Part shown: positions 26,874 through 35,188 of the stretch, piece by piece
How positions within the stretch are numbered: the stretch's first letter is position 1
Layout: the number at the start of each line of letters is the position of its first letter
IMG/VR virus record: IMGVR_UViG_3300047443_000138
Source: an uncultured virus (IMG/VR IMGVR_UViG_3300047443_000138)
Taxonomy: Duplodnaviria; Heunggongvirae; Uroviricota; Caudoviricetes
Reading direction: 5' to 3' (one strand)
Length of the DNA stretch: 64,000 nt
Position numbers and translations under genes: made by a program
Notes under the pieces: model-generated
Seen by the model: only the letters and a program-made list of their open reading frames with translations
Databases searched by the model: none
What the model was told of the DNA's origin: nothing

Positions 26874-27745
26874 GCCGCACCGCCAAGCTGGATGCGGTCC
26901 TGCACGTCGTAGTGGCGGGAGATCTCCACCCACGCCGTGTCGAACAGATCGATGTCCCGGTGCGTGTACACCGCCACATCGCGGTGCACACCGTGGATCG
27001 GCCGCTTGATCTTCTGCGGGTCCTTGCCGCCGTAGCGCGCCCGGTACAGAGCGGCCACCGTCTTGCCGAGCCGAGTCCGCGCCGACGGCACATCCGCCGC
27101 GGCAATCCGACCGTCGAGGTACTCGTCGCACGTGATCGTGATGTCAGCGGGGTCCAACTCCGGCTCCTCACCCAGCATCCGGGCCGCGACATGCCGGCTC
27201 AGGCTGCGGGCGTAGGAGGTGTTGCCGTCGATACGGGCGAGAACCTCGATCGCTCGGAGCTGCGCCTCAGCCTCCGCCGCCTTCTCGATCGCCGTCACCT
27301 TCTGCTCCGGCGTCGCCAGCTCCTCGACGTCCAGGAGGTAGGTGCGAACCTGGCGGGCCACGTCCGACTCGGTCAGCAGCTGGCCAACGTTCAGGATCGT
27401 CCGGCGGGTGAAGAGATTGAGGGAACGCGCCTTGCTGCTGACCTCATCTGCGGGGGTCAGGGTGACCCTCACAAACTCGCGCAGCTCGTCGCCGCTCAGC
27501 TTGCGGAAGCCGTTCCCTTCAAGTTCCTCGCGGTGGCGACGAACGAGGCTCTTGATGGCGTCGGCGTGAACCTCAAAGTACGAGGCGACGCCGTCCGTCG
27601 TGGCGTGCGTGCCGTCCGGCAGCAGCGCCAGCGCCTTGACCTTGTCGAGGACGTCGACACGGCCGGCGGTCTGGGCCCGCATGGTGCGGGACTCGGTGAG
27701 TACGAGTTCGTTGGGCTGATCTGGGACCATGGTCATCAGGTCCAC
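26870..27745 (-). CDS. Antirepressor-like DNA-binding protein
   Basis: VLDKVKAL..LPD...T..VASYFEV...RHREEL...SDVARQVRTYLL; first large gene of the early operon. Confidence 0.6.
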   Translation of the reverse strand: MDLMTMVPDQPNELVLTESRTMRAQTAGRVDVLDKVKALALLPDGTHATTDGVASYFEVHADAIKSLVRRHREELEGNGFRKLSGDELREFVRVTLTPADEVSSKARSLNLFTRRTILNVGQLLTESDVARQVRTYLLDVEELATPEQKVTAIEKAAEAEAQLRAIEVLARIDGNTSYARSLSRHVAARMLGEEPELDPADITITCDEYLDGRIAAADVPSARTRLGKTVAALYRARYGGKDPQKIKRPIHGVHRDVAVYTHRDIDLFDTAWVEISRHYDVQDRIQLGGAA

Positions 27746-27843
27746 TCCTGTTTCTCTCAGGGATCTACGGGTGGATCGCGCGGCGTGAGCCGCGGTGGCC
27801 CCGGCTGTCGGTGTGCGAACCGGCGGTTGGGGCCGCGGCCGCT

Positions 27844-28125
27844 CTAGGCGGCGACTTCGGCGGGCCGGGAGTTGTGCTGCTGCTCGGCGTCGGGGCTGGG
27901 GGCTTGTCCGTCGAGCCAGGCTTCGATGTCGGCTTCGCGCCAGGCGGCCTTGCGGCCGACGGATACAGACCAGGGGCCGTTGCTGGTACCGGTCCTCTTC
28001 TGCTTCTGGCGGTCCTTGTAGAGCTGTTCGATGGATCGGCCGGCGAGTCGGGAGGCTTCGTCGGCCCAGACGTGCCCGGGTGGGGGCGACTGGTCGTACT
28101 GGGGGGTCCGGGGCACCGCGTTCAC
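27844..28125 (-). CDS. Excisionase/AlpA-like protein (candidate RDF)
   Basis: EASRL.G.S..QLY..R...GP...VGRK..WR.ADI.AWL; downstream of cro. Confidence 0.7.
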   Translation of the reverse strand: MNAVPRTPQYDQSPPPGHVWADEASRLAGRSIEQLYKDRQKQKRTGTSNGPWSVSVGRKAAWREADIEAWLDGQAPSPDAEQQHNSRPAEVAA

Positions 28126-28139
28126 TCCTTTCGGGAGTC

Positions 28140-28412
28140 TTATTCTGTGGTCATTCCGACCCGATTTGGGGTCGTCGGGGGCGTGAAAAGGACGAGTATG
28201 GCGACGCCGGTGGCCTCCGCTATGGCGGTGGCGTCGAGGACGTCGGCGGTCTCCTGCTTGCCTGTGGCGAGCTTTTCGATCAGGCCGCTGCCGCAGCCGG
28301 CTGCTTCAGCGAGGCTGTCGTAGCCAAACGGCGCGCCTCTGCCTGGGTTTTTCATGACCCACCGGAACCACTCAGGGCTCTTCAGGGTCCAGCGTCGGCT
28401 TACACGGCTCAA
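28140..28412 (-). CDS. Cro-like XRE regulator
   Basis: LAEAAGCGSGLIEKLATG...AIAEA.GV...LF; divergent from the repressor. Confidence 0.75.
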   Translation of the reverse strand: MSRVSRRWTLKSPEWFRWVMKNPGRGAPFGYDSLAEAAGCGSGLIEKLATGKQETADVLDATAIAEATGVAILVLFTPPTTPNRVGMTTE

Positions 28413-28473
28413 TGGATCTCCAGTGGTGCGGAGTGGCCTTGACTGGCTCTATGTAAGCACTCCAGGGTCAACC

Positions 28474-28546
28474 TGTCTACAGATTGGGTCACCCCGACCT
28501 CGACTATCGGCAAAGATCATGGCGCGATAGCATTGATCTGTAGACG
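28474..28546. promoter_or_regulatory. Lysis/lysogeny switch operators
   Basis: GTCTACAGAT (28475-28484) and inverted ATCTGTAGAC (28536-28545); CTGTAGACG recurs at 29170-29178. Confidence 0.55.
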
Positions 28547-28654
28547 ATTCGTCTCCGAACCGGGATGGTTGTACGGACCGACCTGCTACTTTCCCCGCAT
28601 CCACGACGACCTATAGAGACAGTCGGTGACAGAGTGACGCGAAAGGACGAGGAC

Positions 28655-29092
28655 ATGACGGCGCCGGCATCCGCCCCCCACGCTGGTTCGGCCGCGAACG
28701 CCTCCCCTTTGGGTGCCCTCTCGCAGCTCGTACAGGACGCCCTCGACGCCGGGACGTCCCTCCGGCGCCTCGGAGAGCGCGCGATTGATCCGGAGTCGAG
28801 CGAGCGAATCTCCTGGCAGTACTTTCAGAAGCTCGTCAAAAACCCGCCCGCCAGCCCTCCCGATCCGGTCCAGATGCGGGCGCTGGCCGCCGCCCTCGGC
28901 AAGCCGTACCGCCGCATCCAGGAAGCTGCCGCGAAGCAGTGGCTTCAGTACGAGGCGACGGAACTCGCGGGCTACGGGGACGAGTTGCGCATAATCGTTG
29001 CCCACCTGGCAGGCCAGCCGGAGTCCGAGAAGCGGCGTTGGCGCATGATGATCGAGGCGGCCGAGCGCGCCAAGCGGGAAGTCGACGAGTAG
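28655..29092 (+). CDS. Immunity repressor (XRE-like)
   Basis: SLRRLGERA...ISWQ..KL...MRALAAALG...IQEAAA.QW; divergent from cro, upstream of int. Confidence 0.75.
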   Translation: MTAPASAPHAGSAANASPLGALSQLVQDALDAGTSLRRLGERAIDPESSERISWQYFQKLVKNPPASPPDPVQMRALAAALGKPYRRIQEAAAKQWLQYEATELAGYGDELRIIVAHLAGQPESEKRRWRMMIEAAERAKREVDE

Positions 29093-29246
29093 CGAGACAA
29101 CGCTGTCTCACACCCTCGACCAGGAATGTCCATCCATAGACATTTCTTCAACCGATTGTCGGCGACTCCCTGTAGACGTACTCTTCACCAACCGTGCACT
29201 TCTGGCCGATCTGGCTCGTTGTGCGCCGTTGCGCAAGGAGGGCTGC

Positions 29247-29690
29247 ATGCTGGACGTCATATACGAAGCCGTCGACGACCTCCCCCCGGGCCGGCTGGCG
29301 AAGATCGAGGAGAGCAGAGGACGCATCCGCGTCCGGCTCGACAAGCACGCACCCCTCAGCGACGTGGTGCGGCAGCTGAACATCGAGGCCGCTCAAGTCA
29401 TGTCCTCGGCCCACTGGTTCCAGTTGTGGGGCGAGGAGATCATCTCCCGGGACACCCCCAGTTGCCCGTTCCGGACGCAGTACGTCCTGAAAGAGAACGC
29501 GCCGCACGGCGTGGGTGTCGCGGAGGGCAGGGGAACCGTTCGCTATTACATCAGCGCCGGCCTGACCATCGCAGAGTTCGCCGCCTTCATGATCCAGGCC
29601 GCCAAGGAACTCCTCGCCGGCGGCTGCTGGTTCCAGCTGTATGCCGGTGAGATCATCGACACCAGTCCAGAGCCTATGAGCAAGGTCTGA
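29247..29690 (+). CDS. Lysogeny-module protein with an internal tandem duplication
   Basis: AAGGAGG RBS; WFQLWGEEII and WFQLYAGEII repeats. Confidence 0.75.
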   Translation: MLDVIYEAVDDLPPGRLAKIEESRGRIRVRLDKHAPLSDVVRQLNIEAAQVMSSAHWFQLWGEEIISRDTPSCPFRTQYVLKENAPHGVGVAEGRGTVRYYISAGLTIAEFAAFMIQAAKELLAGGCWFQLYAGEIIDTSPEPMSKV

Positions 29691-29706
29691 ACGAACGGGG
29701 GCAGCG

Positions 29707-31116
29707 ATGGCGGGCTACATTGAAGATCGCTGGCTGAAGAAGGATGCGAGCGGCAAGCGCACCATCCGTACCGAGCGCTACGGCAAGGGCAAGCGCTACA
29801 AGGTCGCCGGCATCCCCGGGGTTCGAGCCCGCAGCTTCCCTGACAAGCAGAAGGGGGCCGCGGAAGACTGGCTCGCAACCGCTCAGGCCGACGCCATCAA
29901 GGGCGAGTTCGTCGACCCGCGTGACGGCAACATCCTCATGCGCGAGTACGTAGAGAAGCACTGGTGGCCCGCCCGCACCGGAGACCCGGCAACGCTCGAG
30001 ACGGTCAGCCGCAGGGTGCGTAACCAGATCCTGCCGTACCTCGGCAGCGTGTCATTGCGGCAGATCAAGGTCGAGATCCTGAGGAAGTGGCTCAAAGACC
30101 TTGAGGGCGTCATCTCCCCCGGCACCGCGGTGACCGTGTGGGGATACCTCAACAACATCCTCGACTCTGCCGTCGACGACGAACGCATCCGCAAGAACCC
30201 GTGCCGCGCCAAAACCATCAAGGCGCCAACCAAGCCGCCGAACAAGGCCCGCGCCTGGACCCGGGAACGCGTCAGGGCCGTCCAGGCGGACCTGCCGTCG
30301 CACTACCGGATCCTCGTGGACATCGGCGTCGGCGCGGGCCTGCGTCACGGGGAGGTGCTCGGTCTGGCCGTCGACGACATCGACCTGCAAGGCGGCATCA
30401 TTCACGTGAACCGTCAGGTGCGCAGCGTGGGCGGGAAGCTGGTGTTCTCGCTGCCGAAGGGCAACAAGACGCGCACCGTGCCGATCCCCGGCCATCTCGC
30501 GGCCCGCATCAGGGAGCATGTGGCCGCCTACCCGGCGAAGGCCGTGACGCTTCCCTGGAAGGATCCGCGCCCTCCGCAGACCAAGGTGGAGGCGAAGGAG
30601 CGGGCGCCGCAGACCCACCGGCTGCTGGTGTCCAACCGCAATGAGTCCGCGGTGCGGGCGAACATGTGGAACGAGTACTACTGGAAGCGGGCGCTCGCCG
30701 CGGCCGGGATCATTCCTGAGCCGAAGGTGGTTGCGCGGAAGACTGGGCGAGGGAACCGTCTCGTGTACGAGGCGGCGCACGAGTTCGGCTTCCACTGCCT
30801 GCGGCACACGTTCGCCAGTGTGCAGTTGGACGCGCGGGAGAATCCTGTGGCAGTCTCGAAGTGGCTCGGTCACGCAGATGCGTCGATCACGCTGCGGGTC
30901 TACGGACACTTCCTGCCCGACGCGGACGGCCGGGGCCGGCAGGCGATGGATGCCTGGTTCGCAAGTGACTCCGTTTCTTCCTCTCGCTCCCCCAGCGCTC
31001 CCCAGGGGCAAGATCCCGACGCTGGGGAGCCGGATTCCCTCCCCGCCGATGAGCCCGTCGAGGTGGGGTCCAGTGACGGGAATCTGCCGCCTGACCTGCA
31101 AGAAGACGCGGCATAG
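29707..31116 (+). CDS. int: Tyrosine integrase
   Basis: GLRHGE (R), K (PKGNK), HCLRH, LGH, VYGH catalytic set. Confidence 0.97.
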   Translation: MAGYIEDRWLKKDASGKRTIRTERYGKGKRYKVAGIPGVRARSFPDKQKGAAEDWLATAQADAIKGEFVDPRDGNILMREYVEKHWWPARTGDPATLETVSRRVRNQILPYLGSVSLRQIKVEILRKWLKDLEGVISPGTAVTVWGYLNNILDSAVDDERIRKNPCRAKTIKAPTKPPNKARAWTRERVRAVQADLPSHYRILVDIGVGAGLRHGEVLGLAVDDIDLQGGIIHVNRQVRSVGGKLVFSLPKGNKTRTVPIPGHLAARIREHVAAYPAKAVTLPWKDPRPPQTKVEAKERAPQTHRLLVSNRNESAVRANMWNEYYWKRALAAAGIIPEPKVVARKTGRGNRLVYEAAHEFGFHCLRHTFASVQLDARENPVAVSKWLGHADASITLRVYGHFLPDADGRGRQAMDAWFASDSVSSSRSPSAPQGQDPDAGEPDSLPADEPVEVGSSDGNLPPDLQEDAA

Positions 31117-31374
31117 GGTCCGCCCCGAACTGGCGCAGTTCTTCCGCCAGGTACAGCCAGACCACAGCCCTGTAGCGGTTCAAGTAGAACTTATACGTTG
31201 TGAGGGCTCACCAGCTGGTATCCCTCGCGGCTCCCCGCATGGGCCATTGACCTGGTGGTTCTGGGTGGTGCTCCGTGGCGCTGGGTGGTGTCGAGTGGCT
31301 TTCTCGTAACTCCCCCAGCGCTTCCCGGACGGCCTGCCTCCCCAGGGGCTCCCCAGGAATCCGCTCCCCAAAGG
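30987..31374. other. Candidate attP (arm sites, AT-rich core, phased repeats)
   Basis: CTCCCC(C)AG arm-type repeats at 30987-31008 and 31310-31357, AT-rich GTTCAAGTAGAACTTATACGTT near 31178-31199, 10-bp phased GTGG repeats at 31251-31300. Confidence 0.6.
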
Positions 31375-31396
31375 CCCCGCGAACTGCCGGAATCTC

Positions 31397-31636
31397 TTAC
31401 CGCAGCACTTCGCCGAGACGCCCCGGCTCATACTCGCTCCCCGAGCGCGCGGCCTCCTCGCGCCGCGTGTCTTCCATGGCGATGACGCAGTCGGCGCATG
31501 CGCGGACTTCTCTGTCGTCATCGGATCTGGGGTGGATGACGCCGACGACAGTGGTGGGGATTTCGCCGAGTTGAGGGTCCCGGAAGCACATGCCGTCCTC
31601 CCACTTATAGAGGTCGAGGATCTGCTGTCGGTCCAT
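31397..31636 (-). CDS. Small Zn-binding hypothetical protein
   Basis: AGGAG RBS; CFR...AC.DCV. Confidence 0.7.
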   Translation of the reverse strand: MDRQQILDLYKWEDGMCFRDPQLGEIPTTVVGVIHPRSDDDREVRACADCVIAMEDTRREEAARSGSEYEPGRLGEVLR

Positions 31637-31746
31637 GTGCCGTCTCCTGCTGGGGATGCGTGGTGTAGGGGGTGGTGGGGGGTCTTGCGCTAGTTCCCGC
31701 TGAGGTCAACGGGAAGCGCGGGTGGGGAGCTGTTTGCCCTTTCGAG

Positions 31747-31760
31747 CGAACGTGCGTTCG
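31747..31760. promoter_or_regulatory. LexA (SOS) box
   Basis: CGAAC-GTGC-GTTCG, exact actinobacterial CGAAC-N4-GTTCG. Confidence 0.75.
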
Positions 31761-31966
31761 AATCGAGAACACTACCCCTGGCCCTGCGGCATATGCCAGA
31801 GCGTCGCAGGGCTTGCGCGTCATGTCGCCGAGGCACCACCTCGTGGAGCGGCGCCTGCCTTCTCTACGGGGAGGGTCGGTCCGTCCGTCGCTCGGTTGCC
31901 AATCTTTCTCAGGTGGCGACCATTTGGGTACTGACACAAGATCACTGACGCCGAAACGTGTCCCGG

Positions 31967-32209
31967 GTGCCAGCCCGCCGCAATCCCCGACCCGACTGGG
32001 TCCTCGACCGCCGAAGAGCCCTCGGCCACCGCATCGCCGATCTGCGACGGCAGGCGGAGTTATCGCAGGAGCAGCTCGCCCACCTCGCCGGCTTGGAGCG
32101 GAGGTCGATCCAGCGCTACGAGAACGCGGTGCGGGACCCGCAGTATTCGGATCTGCTGCTCATTGCTCACGCCCTGCGGGTGCACGTCACTGACCTCTTC
32201 CACGGCTAG
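31967..32209 (+). CDS. XRE-family HTH regulator
   Basis: LRRQAELSQEQLAHLAGLERRSIQRYENA. Confidence 0.88.
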   Translation: MPARRNPRPDWVLDRRRALGHRIADLRRQAELSQEQLAHLAGLERRSIQRYENAVRDPQYSDLLLIAHALRVHVTDLFHG

Positions 32210-32413
32210 GGAGACGCCCGGAAGGAGTTGTTCCGTTGCGACTTGAGTCCGAGTCAACAGCACGGCAGGTCGTAAGGGAAGTGTGAAGGTTGCATATATC
32301 TGCGCGCATCTTGTGCACCCCGCACGTTTCTGTAACCGCAGGTCAATCCATGGCCAGCGCTTACCTTGGCGGCAACGCCAGCGCCCGTTTAGTGCCTGTC
32401 AGGCAAGATCCCG

Positions 32414-32674
32414 TCACGCCTCTTCGGACAGCCGCCGGTACGCCTCATCCCCCTGCGCCCGGTACGCGCTCCACAGCCGCTCGGAGTCCTTGCACCGGCC
32501 GCGGTCGAGGTCCCGGCAGACGTCGCAGTTCGTGGTGTGGGTGACGTAGCGGCTGTAGGCCTGCTGAAGCGGGGAGAGGTTTCCGGCGACCGAGGTTATG
32601 ACCGGCGGGCGGGTTACGGGCTTGGGTGGGGGTTCTCTACGCTCGTCCACGTCGACGGCTCCTTCGTCGGCCAC
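32414..32674 (-). CDS. Hypothetical protein (H..C..C...C)
   Basis: QQAYSRYVTHTTNCDVC...C...LW.AY. Confidence 0.6.
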   Translation of the reverse strand: MADEGAVDVDERREPPPKPVTRPPVITSVAGNLSPLQQAYSRYVTHTTNCDVCRDLDRGRCKDSERLWSAYRAQGDEAYRRLSEEA

Positions 32675-32792
32675 GCCCCCGGGCCGTTGTCGGCGGCCGC
32701 GGGGGTCTTTGTTACTCCGTTGACCGTACTACCCCCTGCTAGCCCCGTGGGTAGCTATGGCAGGTCACGGGTGGCGGACTAGCGTCCGAAGC

Positions 32793-33047
32793 GTGATCAT
32801 CGACAGGGAGGGGCCCGTTCCCCCGTACCGGCAGATCGCCGACGACCTACGACGACAGATCGAAGACGGGGCGATCCCGCCGGGTCGGCGCATCCCGTCG
32901 ATGGTCGAGCTCGAAGCGACCTACGGCGTCGCCCGCGACACCCTCCGCAAGGCGACCAAAGTCCTCAAGGACGAAGGGCTCGTCGAGACAGTCACCGGCA
33001 TGGGGATCTACGTAGTTCACCCGGCGCCGCCCGCGACAGAGGGCTGA
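32793..33047 (+). CDS. GntR wHTH-only regulator
   Basis: PPYRQIADDLRRQI..G.IPPG.RIPS..EL...YGVAR.T.RKA...L..EGLV....G.G.YV. Confidence 0.88.
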   Translation: MIIDREGPVPPYRQIADDLRRQIEDGAIPPGRRIPSMVELEATYGVARDTLRKATKVLKDEGLVETVTGMGIYVVHPAPPATEG

Positions 33048-33080
33048 CCGCTGTCGTACCCGGCGGCTACGCTTTGATCT

Positions 33081-33269
33081 ATGCCTCCCACTCCCCCAGA
33101 CCCGGCCCTCGTGCGGCCGTCTGCCGTGGTGAATGAGGAGATCCGGGAGCTGGTCACGTCGGTCGGCGGCTGGCTGTACGGGCCGTCCAGACGGCGGTAC
33201 GAGGTGCTCGTCGCCGAGTGGACCGTGGCCGTCGCAGCGGAGCGGTGTGAGGTCGTCGAGGCGGCGTGA
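33081..33269 (+). CDS. Hypothetical protein
   Basis: ORF followed by a strong hairpin. Confidence 0.55.
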   Translation: MPPTPPDPALVRPSAVVNEEIRELVTSVGGWLYGPSRRRYEVLVAEWTVAVAAERCEVVEAA

Positions 33270-33284
33270 CGGTACCCTGACGCG

Positions 33285-33321
33285 ACGGCGCCCCCGCCGC
33301 TTTGACTGGCGGGGGCGCCGT
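33285..33321. terminator. Bidirectional terminator
   Basis: ACGGCGCCCCCGCC...GGCGGGGGCGCCGT between convergent genes. Confidence 0.7.
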
Positions 33322-33349
33322 TGCTCTGCGGGTACGCAGGTCGCGAGGC

Positions 33350-33637
33350 CTAGCGGTTCCTCCATCCAGTGACAGGCGAATAGCCGGTCGGAGGCCGTTC
33401 GCCACGCAGGGGATCGAAGCGGCGCCGCAGCGTCCACTGATGCCCGCAAGTGGGGCTACTACAGACAGCGCGCGTTCGAACCGGGTCTCCCTGGTGGAAC
33501 TCCATATACTGCACGGCCGGTCGGACTGTGCCGTCCTCGTCTACCAGGGCGAGGCCCCAGTCGACGGTCCCGTCAACGTCTTCCACGACACCGGCCTGAC
33601 TGCCGCACCTGGTGCAGCGAAGAGGGCGACTGGTCAT
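33350..33637 (-). CDS. Zn-ribbon hypothetical protein
   Basis: CTRCG...C....CGHQW; GGAGG RBS. Confidence 0.6.
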   Translation of the reverse strand: MTSRPLRCTRCGSQAGVVEDVDGTVDWGLALVDEDGTVRPAVQYMEFHQGDPVRTRAVCSSPTCGHQWTLRRRFDPLRGERPPTGYSPVTGWRNR

Positions 33638-33649
33638 GGCGCCCTCCAT

Positions 33650-33829
33650 CTACTCGTCCTCCACGTTCCACCACGCGTTGACGTTGTTGGAGACGTGGAC
33701 GTCCAGAGACTCGTCTGCCCACTCTCCCTTCTCCTTGTCGGTCATCGAGTCCCATCCGTCGGGCAGCGGCACGCTCGCCTCGTCGGTGAGACCTCCCATC
33801 TCGACGCCGACCTTCAGTACCTTCGCCAT
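33650..33829 (-). CDS. Small acidic hypothetical protein
   Basis: GGGAG RBS, MAKVLKVGVEM... Confidence 0.65.
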   Translation of the reverse strand: MAKVLKVGVEMGGLTDEASVPLPDGWDSMTDKEKGEWADESLDVHVSNNVNAWWNVEDE

Positions 33830-33846
33830 GACTACTCCCTGATAGC

Positions 33847-33908
33847 AGGTGGTTAACCACCTCCACAATGCCACCCCCTAGACGGGTGGTCAACCACCCA
33901 TGCATGAT
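33847..33908. promoter_or_regulatory. Two palindromic operators overlapping a divergent promoter
   Basis: AGGTGGTTAACCACCT (33847-33862), GGGTGGTCAACCACCC (33884-33899); TAGACG-18-CATGAT. Confidence 0.7.
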
Positions 33909-33914
33909 TGCCCC

Positions 33915-34112
33915 ATGGCGAATCAGCACCGGACCAAACTGCGCGGCGTGCGCAACGTCGACGACCAGCTGTGGGACGACTTCGAGAAGGTGGCGGACGC
34001 TCTCAACAGCGACCGGTCAGCCGAGATCCGCCGCTACATCGAATGGGCCGTCCGCCGCCCCGGCGCCGAAGACCCCCGACGGCCACCCGAACCCGGCGAC
34101 GAGCCGACGTAG
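33915..34112 (+). CDS. Ribbon-helix-helix-like protein
   Basis: RGVRNVDDQLWDDF...DRSAEIRRYI, similar to the 13598 gene. Confidence 0.7.
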   Translation: MANQHRTKLRGVRNVDDQLWDDFEKVADALNSDRSAEIRRYIEWAVRRPGAEDPRRPPEPGDEPT

Positions 34113-34121
34113 GATCCTCCG

Positions 34122-34424
34122 GTGGCAATCGAACTACCCGAAGATCTGATCAACGCCCAGCGCGCGGCGAACGCCGAGCATGCGCGGCTCCTGGCCCTGC
34201 AGGACCGATTCGAGCGGCAGGAAGGCGACGAGACGCGCGTGTCGCCCGCCGCGTGGACGGACCAGCAGCGCGCCGAATGGGACGCCCAGCAGCAGCGGTG
34301 GGCCGACCTCCTGCCCGGTCTGCACGGCGCCATCAGGGGCGCCGCACACACGCTCGGAGCGTCCCGGTACGAGGTGGAGATGGCGGTCAAGCAGGCCGCG
34401 AAGGCGGAGACCGTGGCGGCCTGA
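34122..34424 (+). CDS. Hypothetical protein
   Basis: AGGA RBS, helical 100-aa product. Confidence 0.6.
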   Translation: MAIELPEDLINAQRAANAEHARLLALQDRFERQEGDETRVSPAAWTDQQRAEWDAQQQRWADLLPGLHGAIRGAAHTLGASRYEVEMAVKQAAKAETVAA

Positions 34425-34572
34425 CAGCAGCGAGCCCCGCACCCGGTGCATCACGCCGGGGCGGGGCATCAGCAACAACCCGACTGGCTAGTCGTTATGT
34501 TGACGACAACTCTACGGGCGGCCACTGACAACGAGGCGCCCCCGCCGACGGGGGATGCGACGAGGGGCACGA

Positions 34573-34785
34573 TCAGTCTGGCAGGCCGTCCGTCTCATCG
34601 GGCCAGGACGCGAGGACCAGCTGCTCCTGCTCGTCGACGAGGGTGATGCGGGCGTCGGGCATGCTGCCGCGCTCGCCGATCCACGACAGGTACTTCCGGT
34701 CGGCGGTCGCCCGGTCCGACCACCAGCCGTGCATGACGGGCTGGCCGCCGGTCGACAGGGTGAGGCGATAGCGCTGGGCGTTCAC
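34573..34785 (-). CDS. Conserved hypothetical protein
   Basis: RYRLTL..GG.PVMHGWW...TA.RK..SWIG...ARITL.DE. Confidence 0.7.
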   Translation of the reverse strand: MNAQRYRLTLSTGGQPVMHGWWSDRATADRKYLSWIGERGSMPDARITLVDEQEQLVLASWPDETDGLPD

Positions 34786-34814
34786 GGGATCAGCCTACGC
34801 GTAATATCGAACGC

Positions 34815-35150
34815 GTGAACGACCAGCCCGCCTCCCGCCTCGACCAGCTTCTCTTCCTCAAGCGCGTCCAGGAAGCCGACCTCGAGCGCACCCGCAGGTG
34901 GATCGCAGCAGAGGAACGGCGGCAGGCCGAGCAGCGGCACGGCGAGCAAGCCCGGCCGCCCGAACCGGACTGGCTCATCGAGCAGGGCCTCGACGGGCGC
35001 CAGCCGGTGTACGTCCACGTCGGCGGCTGCCACATGGCGGGGAAACGCAGCCGCGGCGTCCAGCGGGACCAGGCGCTCCGGGCACTCGCCGAAGGGGTCG
35101 CAGCCTGCACCCACTGCCGGCCGGACTCGGAGCTGGGATACCTCGAATAG
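34815..35150 (+). CDS. DUF6233-like protein
   Basis: PDWLIE.G...VHVGGC...A..AL.EGV.AC.HCRPD..LG. Confidence 0.75.
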   Translation: MNDQPASRLDQLLFLKRVQEADLERTRRWIAAEERRQAEQRHGEQARPPEPDWLIEQGLDGRQPVYVHVGGCHMAGKRSRGVQRDQALRALAEGVAACTHCRPDSELGYLE

Positions 35151-35188
35151 CTGTCCTACACTTCGGCTGTCCAGGCCAAGGGGGGCAT

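Noticed and set aside
6396..27745. Frequent C-terminal -AA/-VA endings of early proteins as degrons
   Set aside because: Largely explained by overlap with the next gene's GGAGG/GGCGG RBS and coupled start
31120..31260. tRNA or tmRNA fragment at attP
   Set aside because: No T-loop GTTCGA.TC plus acceptor stem/CCA pattern could be built
31251..31374. Short repeats as a possible CRISPR array
   Set aside because: Repeats are 8-13 bp without unique 30-40 bp spacers; better explained as att arm and RDF sites
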